Virus record (IMG/VR): IMGVR_UViG_3300021960_000075
Coordinates: 1-60,959 of that record
Direction: 5' to 3' (one strand)
DNA from: a virus
Taxonomy: Duplodnaviria > Caudoviricetes
Length of the DNA: 60,959 nt
The notes beneath the pieces were generated by a model. It worked only from the letters and a program-made list of their open reading frames with translations, did not search any database and was not told the DNA's origin. Both the position numbers and the translations under genes were made by a program. The first letter of the stretch is position 1. Each line of letters starts with the position of its first letter. Shown here one piece after another: positions 54,440 to 60,959 of this stretch.

Positions 54440-54673
54440 ATGAAAAGTTTATTAAAAGATAGAACTGTAATGGTTATGACAAGTGGATTATTGTTTCTAC
54501 TTGCTGTAATTGTAGTTGGAGATTTTTATATATCACTAAGAGAAGGTAAGGGACCTGATGATAGTGTTATAGAACTACTACAAATGTCTATAACAGGTAT
54601 GGTGGGCATTATCGCAGGTTATATTTCTGGAGAAAAGAAAAAAGACTGCGACAAGGATTGCTGTAAGGTATAA
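54440..54673 (+). CDS. Small two-TM membrane protein
   Basis: Two hydrophobic segments, G.VG..AGY. Confidence 0.7.
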   Translation: MKSLLKDRTVMVMTSGLLFLLAVIVVGDFYISLREGKGPDDSVIELLQMSITGMVGIIAGYISGEKKKDCDKDCCKV

Positions 54674-54680
54674 TAATATT

Positions 54681-54776
54681 ATGTGTAGTAAATATATAAA
54701 TGATAAAGGTACAATGGTTCAAATATGTAATCACCCAAATGGTTCAGAATTTTGTGATGAGTGGAAAGAAATCTAA
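54681..54776 (+). CDS. 31-aa Cys-containing peptide (not in track)
   Basis: TATAAT-6 nt-ATG; TAATG coupling to next gene. Confidence 0.5.
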   Translation: MCSKYINDKGTMVQICNHPNGSEFCDEWKEI

Positions 54777-54970
54777 TGTCTAATTCAGATTATAGTAACG
54801 GTTTATCACAGAAAGAATTAATAATAATGGTTTTAGAGGGACAGGATAAAATTAACGAGCGTATCGACCAGCTCCACGAAAAGGTCAACACAAAAATGTC
54901 TAGACAGGAGTTTAGCGGCTACTTTGTGGCAATCTCAGCCTTAGTAGTCCTTGTCAATCAATTAATGTAG
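54776..54970 (+). CDS. Small coiled-coil protein with C-terminal TM
   Basis: INERIDQLHEKVN followed by hydrophobic tail. Confidence 0.65.
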   Translation: MSNSDYSNGLSQKELIIMVLEGQDKINERIDQLHEKVNTKMSRQEFSGYFVAISALVVLVNQLM

Positions 54971-54993
54971 TCAATTACCCAAGGGGGTGTTCA

Positions 54994-55134
54994 ATGACGG
55001 AAATTATATTAGCCTTAGCAGTATCAATCATATCTATGGGTATGTTTGTATTTATAGGTTTTCAAATAAATAAGTTTTTAAAGTTTTTTATACCAATAAT
55101 GAAGGAGATTTTAGATGAGCGAAAACAAAACTAA
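54994..55134 (+). CDS. 46-aa membrane peptide (not in track)
   Basis: AGGGGG RBS; MTEIILALAVSIISMGMFVFIG. Confidence 0.55.
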   Translation: MTEIILALAVSIISMGMFVFIGFQINKFLKFFIPIMKEILDERKQN

Positions 55135-55288
55135 GAAACACAGAAGGCGTATTAGTCGTTGTGTTGAGTGTAAAGAGCCACTCAAACATATAGCTAATAA
55201 CCAATGGATGTGCGACCAATCCCCAACTGTGTGCGTAATGTCTACAAAAGTAATATGGTTAAGTAATCCTACTGAAGAAGAGGAATGA
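55115..55288 (+). CDS. 57-aa zinc-ribbon protein (not in track)
   Basis: AGGAG RBS; RCVECKEPL...WMCDQSPTVC. Confidence 0.6.
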   Translation: MSENKTKKHRRRISRCVECKEPLKHIANNQWMCDQSPTVCVMSTKVIWLSNPTEEEE

Positions 55289-55360
55289 TATGGTTTTCAA
55301 TATTGGGATTGCTCTTTTTTTATTATGTTGTTTTTATTATATGGCGAAAGAGTTGAAAAA

Positions 55361-55489
55361 TTGAACCCTGATTGTCCTGTATGTAATTCTTTATTATTAG
55401 AAATAAAAGCAGGACTTTATTGCTATAATGAATCTTGTCCGCAATATAAGCAAAAAGTAGTTGCTTGTTGCGAGGGAGGATTTTGTTAG
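55361..55489 (+). CDS. 42-aa Cys-rich peptide (not in track)
   Basis: TTG start; DCPVC...YCYNESC...ACCEGGFC. Confidence 0.5.
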   Translation: MNPDCPVCNSLLLEIKAGLYCYNESCPQYKQKVVACCEGGFC

Positions 55490-56346
55490 AATCAATATTT
55501 ATAAAAGTACCATCTTTAGACGACAACGAATTAGTTCCTACACTACTAGACGCAATAGAAAAAGCAAATAACCCATACAGATTACACTTTGGCGTATCAC
55601 TTATGTGGTCAGATGAAAAATATCCTAAAGATTTAATTAAATTTGTTAGAAGCGTTAAGTGGATGACGTCAAATTTTAAGATAGTAACACAAAAATATAA
55701 CAAAAATATGCTTGGTGTTGGTAAACAGCGAAAAATTGTTGGCGATATGTACAATGGAGAAGATTATATACTTCAAATTGACTCTCATACTTGGTTTACT
55801 GAGGACTGGGACACTAAGTTAGTAGATTTACACAAAGAATGTCACTATCCTAATGCAATTTTGACTGCTTATGCTGGTAGATACCAGTATATTGACGGCA
55901 AAAGAACCCCAATTGAAGGTGGTTTGCTTAGGTATCCTTGGATACATAAGGGAGAAAGACAGTATTGTGGCTTTACTGATAACTGGGAAGACCTTCCATA
56001 TGAAGGAGAAGCTAAATATGTGCCTGTAAAGTTCTGTGCAAACTTTGCTTTTGGAGCAAAAGAGTGGGGAATCAAAACAGGTTTAGCTGCAGATTCAGTA
56101 TTTTTTAGCGAAGAACCATTACAAACAGAGTATTTAAAGATTAATGGATTTAATTTAGTCTTTCCTAATATAGATTATCCACTTATATGTCATTTATATC
56201 ACCAACATATGACAGAGCAAAGCGAAAGAAAAGCTTTTACAGATTATTTAACTGATGATGAAGCTGATTATTTAATGAATATTCAAGATAAAGAAGTTTA
56301 CGAAAACCATATGGCTAGGATAGAACACTTTAAACATATCACTTAA
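55483..56346 (+). CDS. GT60-like polypeptide GlcNAc transferase (Skp1 Gnt1 family)
   Basis: IF....S..D.EL.PTL.DA..KA.NP.RL.FGV; R......Y.GEDY.LQIDSH..F..DWD..L; ILTAY; F.EE; HLY. Confidence 0.82.
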   Translation: MLESIFIKVPSLDDNELVPTLLDAIEKANNPYRLHFGVSLMWSDEKYPKDLIKFVRSVKWMTSNFKIVTQKYNKNMLGVGKQRKIVGDMYNGEDYILQIDSHTWFTEDWDTKLVDLHKECHYPNAILTAYAGRYQYIDGKRTPIEGGLLRYPWIHKGERQYCGFTDNWEDLPYEGEAKYVPVKFCANFAFGAKEWGIKTGLAADSVFFSEEPLQTEYLKINGFNLVFPNIDYPLICHLYHQHMTEQSERKAFTDYLTDDEADYLMNIQDKEVYENHMARIEHFKHIT

Positions 56347-56348
56347 AA

Positions 56349-56379
56349 TACAGAGCCACCCATTTAGGTGGCTCCTGTA
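56349..56379. terminator. GC-rich hairpin, U tract on the minus strand
   Basis: GAGCCACC-CATTTA-GGTGGCTC with TACAG/CTGTA extension. Confidence 0.6.
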
Positions 56380-56450
56380 AGGAGTATTCGTTACTATGAC
56401 TACTCCGTAGTGATTACAATACCAATATATCACAATGCTAGAATTATTAT

Positions 56451-56795
56451 ATGTTTTACTACAAAATAGAGTTATTAAAGATAGTAGATGGGGATACAAT
56501 AGATGTTAGAATTGATTTGGGTTTTAATGTGTGGCATAAATGTCGTGTTCGACTTATGGGCATTAACGCTCCTGAATCTAGAACCTCAGATAAGTCAGAG
56601 AAAGTCAAAGGGTTGGCTGCGAAAGCTTGGCTAACTAATGTATTGGAATCTTTTCAAGATGATATAGAAATGCAATCACACGGTGAAGGTAAATACGGTA
56701 GAGTTCTTGGAACTTTGTTTATCAACGGTATGAATGTAAATGAGCTAATGGTCAAAGAGGGACACGCTGTTTATTACGATGGCGGTAAGCGTTAA
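56451..56795 (+). CDS. Thermonuclease (SNase-like) family protein
   Basis: IVDGDTID..IDLGF, RL.GINAPE, GKYGR.LG, VN.LMV.EG.A..YDG. Confidence 0.9.
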   Translation: MFYYKIELLKIVDGDTIDVRIDLGFNVWHKCRVRLMGINAPESRTSDKSEKVKGLAAKAWLTNVLESFQDDIEMQSHGEGKYGRVLGTLFINGMNVNELMVKEGHAVYYDGGKR

Positions 56796-56800
56796 AAATC

Positions 56801-57056
56801 GGGGTGGCGTACTAGTTTAAGGTATTGCCTCAGCATTTCTGCACTCTAGCTTTGTCGGCTAGAAGGCTCATTTTCCTTGCCCACTATGTCCGTCTATGAC
56901 GGGGAACTTATCTGATGTGATGATAATAATAAGCAACACACCCCCTTGCAGTTACTAAGCAAATAAATATCACTAAGTAACCACTTGTAGTTTCTCTCTA
57001 CCCAGTATAGCTACCGAGGAAAATGTTATACCCCACGAAAGGAGGCACACCACCCC
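56801..57056 (-). ncRNA. 256-nt multibranched structured RNA, unrecognised family
   Basis: 10-bp terminal stem, nested long-range stems, GAAA-capped hairpin, possible pseudoknot; G-U pairs favour the minus strand. Confidence 0.7.
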
Positions 57057-57061
57057 AAATA

Positions 57062-57457
57062 TTAAAATAAGTCGTCTTCTCTTTCTGCAATTAACATTTG
57101 AGCCATAGTTATTCTTCTACTACCTAGTTTAGCAATTTCTTTAATCATTTCAATAAAAACATTAAGTTGACCAGTTCTAAACTTATAAATAGGATGTTTT
57201 GTTTTTCCAATATCTATACCGCTTTCAAATTTTTTGCAGTACATTTCTATTTCTTTAGCTCTTGCATAGTAAGCAACAGATAATTCATATAAAGAAAAAA
57301 CACCATTTTTTACTGGTTGTTCTTTTCTACCAAACAATGTATCCATATAGTCTTCTAGTTCTACTTCAAACCTTCTAACCATTTCCATAGAATTGCCGTG
57401 ATGTTCAATTCCATCAAAGGCAACTTCTAGTAGCTTGTGATTTTCTCTAGCTAACAT
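57062..57457 (-). CDS. Hypothetical helical phage protein
   Basis: AGGAG RBS; AYYARA.EI...YKFRTG.L..FIE.......LGSRR.T. Confidence 0.75.
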   Translation of the reverse strand: MLARENHKLLEVAFDGIEHHGNSMEMVRRFEVELEDYMDTLFGRKEQPVKNGVFSLYELSVAYYARAKEIEMYCKKFESGIDIGKTKHPIYKFRTGQLNVFIEMIKEIAKLGSRRITMAQMLIAEREDDLF

Positions 57458-57458
57458 T

Positions 57459-57605
57459 TTATTTCTCCTTTTCTACGTCGATAATGTATGAGTATAGCAA
57501 ATTGATATATTGATTTCTTTTTTCTACAGGAATCCAAGAATTAATAATCACTGCTACAAACATTAATAATTTATTAATTTTTCTATGTGCCGCTTCTTCA
57601 GGCAT
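57459..57605 (-). CDS. 48-aa hypothetical protein (not in track)
   Basis: GGAG RBS; fills the gap between neighbours; MPEEAAHRKINKLL. Confidence 0.55.
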   Translation of the reverse strand: MPEEAAHRKINKLLMFVAVIINSWIPVEKRNQYINLLYSYIIDVEKEK

Positions 57606-57834
57606 TGTCTCTCCAGTCTTTATATAATCTGTCTAACTTTTCTATTGCTCTTTTGTTAAACTTTATATTATAGTCAATCATACTGAGAGTATTTTGCCAC
57701 ACTATAGCTAAAGCATCGTTCTTTGGCATACCAGCTAAAAGTATTTCTCTTTTAAATACATTAGCTTCTTCAATAGCTGATTTATATTCCTCTATTGCAT
57801 CCAGCACTTCAAATATGTTATTGTATTCATCCAT
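57598..57834 (-). CDS. Hypothetical protein
   Basis: 78-aa helical ORF in the minus-strand block. Confidence 0.65.
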   Translation of the reverse strand: MDEYNNIFEVLDAIEEYKSAIEEANVFKREILLAGMPKNDALAIVWQNTLSMIDYNIKFNKRAIEKLDRLYKDWRDNA

Positions 57835-58038
57835 AATAAAAATTGTAGAGAGTGTTCAACGAAAGGTAAGAACTAGACATAATTAGAAAATATGACAGTC
57901 TAAAAAAACCCTGTTGCAGATTCTCTCTGCACTCTATTCTCTCTACAGTATCTATCTTACCACAAACGTTAAATGATGGAAGTAACAGTATGCATACAGT
58001 AAGCGTCAACAGGGGTTGTAATATCTAGTACTACATAC

Positions 58039-59577
58039 TCACTTCTGCACACTGTTAGCCTCCAATTCATAATCTTTAATAACTAGTCCATTTTCTAATT
58101 TACCAATTGTTACTGGTTTTCTATAAACAGACTTAACATACTTACCGAAAAGCAAACCTTTACCATTAATACCATAATGAGCAAAGTGTCCTCTTCTAGT
58201 ATGTTGTGCTAGCTCTCTAGGATTAAGCTTACGCTCGGTTCCATCAGCTTCTACTACATATAAAGATGGTTTAACTTTTAAAGTCTTAATAGTTACAGTA
58301 GGACCATCATCATTAGTGTTCTGACCCATTGCTGAACGCTTAATTCTTTTACGCTCGTGTCGGTCTATTGGTGTATCTTCTTTAACAAAGACATCTCCAT
58401 TATCTCCATTTAGCCATTGAGTAACTCTAAATAACCCACCTATAACTGCGTGAGTAATAATAGAAGTACTTAAGTATAAATGAACAGCTTCAGCTTCTGC
58501 ATTATTCTTAGTACGTTTCCATTCTTCTATATACTCGTAACCTTTAACTGTATCTTCTATGCCTTCAAAACAAGCTTCAGAAGTGCTAAACATTTTATGG
58601 GAACCAACGCTCATACTTGTTTGATTTGAAACATATTGATTATCATAAATATTTATTTCATCATCAGCTTGTCTAACATCGTGATAACTAACCATTGAGT
58701 ATGGTCTTCCATAATTGTCTAAACAAATTTGCACATTGTTAATCCAAGTAATTGCTCCATTAGCATTGCATCTAGAGTCATCACAACAAAATCTTCTACC
58801 AAATATATCTACAAATTGTACATACTTAGGTTTAACATCATCTGCTATATAGGGCATAGAAGGCATATCTAATACGAAACCTTTATAATCAATTTCATTA
58901 TTATCATAATTAGGATGATTTAATAATTCTCTAGGCGGTACATTTTTAAATGCAGGGTCATTTGCTAAATTATCTTTAACAACCCACCATCTATGTTGGT
59001 CATTTTCAATAGGTTCATCTAAATCAAATTGACGAACAATAACTGATATATCTTTAAATTTAGGTACACCACTATCTTCTCTAGTTTCATCATTGATTAA
59101 TAGTTTGATTACCTCATCTAACTTTTCATCAGCATCTAGCATATAAAAGTTATCAGCGTATGGTTGTGTTAAGAAAATGTTATTTTCATTGTATAGCTCT
59201 GAACATAGTTCAAGTAATTCATATACAGTATTTTCACCAGCACCTTGTGCGATAACCCTTTCTTTAAGATTTTCCATTTCCATTTCAAATACTTCTGTAG
59301 CATTGAACATATAAGGAACTTTCCCAAGCTTAAGATTTTGAGCAATTTGTGAATCAGTGTACTTAATACTCTCTTCTACATTTCTAAGCATATTTTCTGT
59401 ACTATCAACCCAAGCCTCAAGTGTGGTGTTGTTCTTTTTAAGATGTTCTTTAAATTCAGGTTTATCTTTTAAAGTATCAATATATGCAAAAAGCATACTG
59501 TGTGCTTTAGGAAACCAAAAGTTTCCATATGTAGTAACGGCTATTTTTCTACTTAATAGCTCTGATAGGTTTAACAT
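58039..59577 (-). CDS. Hypothetical protein with C-terminal HxRRGH motif
   Basis: 512 aa; QHTRRGHF...P..IG; AAGGA RBS and upstream TTGACT-17-TATAAT promoter. Confidence 0.8.
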   Translation of the reverse strand: MLNLSELLSRKIAVTTYGNFWFPKAHSMLFAYIDTLKDKPEFKEHLKKNNTTLEAWVDSTENMLRNVEESIKYTDSQIAQNLKLGKVPYMFNATEVFEMEMENLKERVIAQGAGENTVYELLELCSELYNENNIFLTQPYADNFYMLDADEKLDEVIKLLINDETREDSGVPKFKDISVIVRQFDLDEPIENDQHRWWVVKDNLANDPAFKNVPPRELLNHPNYDNNEIDYKGFVLDMPSMPYIADDVKPKYVQFVDIFGRRFCCDDSRCNANGAITWINNVQICLDNYGRPYSMVSYHDVRQADDEINIYDNQYVSNQTSMSVGSHKMFSTSEACFEGIEDTVKGYEYIEEWKRTKNNAEAEAVHLYLSTSIITHAVIGGLFRVTQWLNGDNGDVFVKEDTPIDRHERKRIKRSAMGQNTNDDGPTVTIKTLKVKPSLYVVEADGTERKLNPRELAQHTRRGHFAHYGINGKGLLFGKYVKSVYRKPVTIGKLENGLVIKDYELEANSVQK

Positions 59578-59637
59578 AGCTTTATCCTTTTTTCGTGTAA
59601 TTTAATTATACTATAGTTTGCTGAAAAAGTCAAGAAC

Positions 59638-60036
59638 CTAAAAAGGTGCTTGACTTTCATTTTCATCAGCTACTTCTTTTCTAGTCTTTTTAACAACTTT
59701 GAAATCGCCGTTGCTAAAGTCAAAGACAGTAGAGCCTACTTCATCTCCACCTTCATTGTATAACTTAAAAAGTAGTGAGTTAATGGTATACATCAATTCT
59801 CCTACTTCTTCTAGCCAGTCGTGATACATTTCATTTTGCATTTCAGCATTATGAGAATAGCGGCTATAGTTACCAGTCTCATTTTCTTTACGCATAATAA
59901 GTGTATTTTCACTTTGCCAGTGCTTGATGAGTGCTTCATAATCTTGTAAGTCTCTATACATAGAATGTAAGTTATCTTTACTTAGACTAGATTTATCTAA
60001 TAAGTCCGATGGACTATTGTATTTCAATATGCTCAT
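59638..60036 (-). CDS. Hypothetical protein
   Basis: AGGAG RBS; upstream TTGCTT...TG-A-TACAAT promoter. Confidence 0.7.
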   Translation of the reverse strand: MSILKYNSPSDLLDKSSLSKDNLHSMYRDLQDYEALIKHWQSENTLIMRKENETGNYSRYSHNAEMQNEMYHDWLEEVGELMYTINSLLFKLYNEGGDEVGSTVFDFSNGDFKVVKKTRKEVADENESQAPF

Positions 60037-60093
60037 TGATTCTCCTAATTTATCGAATATTTTATTGTATCATATAACCTTTAAAAAAGCAAA

Positions 60094-60959
60094 TCAGTAT
60101 ATAGTATTTCTTGGTGGTCTAATAATTTCGCTTGGTGCATATTCTTTTCTCCTAAGAACTTCAAAATTATTTATACTATCTTTAGCCCATACTCTTAAGT
60201 AATTAGATATTGGAATATCTACAGCTGCTTTTTTAGCTATGGTCTGCATAATATCAAAAGACATCTTGCTTAAGTCTTGAATGCTCCTATGCCTATGCAC
60301 TCTAGTTCCCATATTGACTTGAGCAAACTTCCTATGTCCAAAAGTTTCTTTATTGTGTATATCAATTAAGTGTGATACTTCTACGCTATAGCCTGTCGGG
60401 TATTCAATAGCTTCTAGAACTTCTCTTCTTGCGGCATATTCGCCTGCAAGTGGCTGATAGAATTCTTGTAGCTTAGGAAAGAACATTGCAAGCATAGGTC
60501 TAGCTACAAGCTCTGTAACTCTTCCCATATCTCCTCTATCGTAGAATGCTTTAACATACTGAACTTCATCATTGATTATTAGTGGACCAACTAGCCCACG
60601 AATAAATCTATCATCAAAATTTTCAATATCTGCATCAATATAAACTACAAGATTAGATTTAGTTACAAATAATCCTTTCCAAAGGTTTTCGCCTTTCCCA
60701 GAAGCTTTAGGTAAATCTGGTTCTATATCTTTTGCATAGAAAAATGGAACGCCGCAACTTTCTACTTCTTGTTTAGTGTTATCAGTTGAACCGCTATCAA
60801 TAACTACTGCTTCATCTATCCAACTAGGAAGACTTTGTAAAATTTTGGCTATAGTTTTATCCTCGTTTAAAGTTGGTATAATTACTGAGACTGTGTTTGT
60901 AGATTTATGGCTCAGAATATAATCAGTTGGAAAATCTTCTTCAGCGTAAGTGAAGGGTT
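60094..60959 (-). CDS. gpgS: Glucosyl-3-phosphoglycerate synthase-like glycosyltransferase, 5' end outside window
   Basis: Frame is open to the window edge: VSVIIPTLNE, IDSGSTD, GKGENLW, IDAD, VKAFYDR, GRVTELVARP, QPLAGEYA.RR, GY.VE. Confidence 0.85.
   Translation of the reverse strand, partial: PFTYAEEDFPTDYILSHKSTNTVSVIIPTLNEDKTIAKILQSLPSWIDEAVVIDSGSTDNTKQEVESCGVPFFYAKDIEPDLPKASGKGENLWKGLFVTKSNLVVYIDADIENFDDRFIRGLVGPLIINDEVQYVKAFYDRGDMGRVTELVARPMLAMFFPKLQEFYQPLAGEYAARREVLEAIEYPTGYSVEVSHLIDIHNKETFGHRKFAQVNMGTRVHRHRSIQDLSKMSFDIMQTIAKKAAVDIPISNYLRVWAKDSINNFEVLRRKEYAPSEIIRPPRNTIY

Noticed and set aside
56801-57056. Bona fide RNase P RNA or tmRNA
   Set aside because: Universally conserved RNase P sequences and a T-arm/CCA end are absent; only the helix order is similar
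57827-58009. 60-aa minus-strand ORF
   Set aside because: TTG start without RBS, atypical composition, and it overlaps a structured region with a U tract
1-60959. Stop-codon recoding, integrase/att site, introns or inteins
   Set aside because: Core genes are intact in the standard code and TAA, TAG and TGA all act as stops; no recombinase or splicing motifs were seen

Overview
This AT-rich window (roughly one-third GC by eye) is part of a large tailed dsDNA phage genome with a siphovirus-type layout. Gene order is: small accessory genes, terminase, portal, prohead protease, HK97-fold capsid, head-tail connectors, major tail protein, tail chaperones with a -1 frameshift, tape measure protein and a ~18 kb tail tip/fibre region. 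After that come an enzyme cluster (four 2OG-Fe(II) oxygenases, dUTPase-fold/DUF6065-like paralogues, an FkbM-like protein, a ferredoxin), a lysis cassette, small membrane and Cys-rich genes, a GT60-like glycosyltransferase, a thermonuclease, and a convergent minus-strand block ending in a GpgS-like gene cut by the window edge. The ferredoxin, FmdB, GpgS and many leaderless -10/ATG starts point to an actinobacterial host, possibly a low-GC Acidimicrobiia lineage (inference). No integrase, CRISPR array, rRNA or canonical tRNA was seen. Best candidates for undescribed biology: (1) a phage-encoded protein hydroxylation/O-glycosylation system with Pro-rich and Thr-rich candidate substrates; (2) several structured non-coding RNAs, notably a 256-nt pseudoknotted RNA at 56801-57056 and a tRNA-like element with enlarged arms at 2630-2740; (3) a needle-like protein whose two heptad repeat types are in complementary order around a His-rich turn. 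All family calls are motif recognition by eye, not database results.
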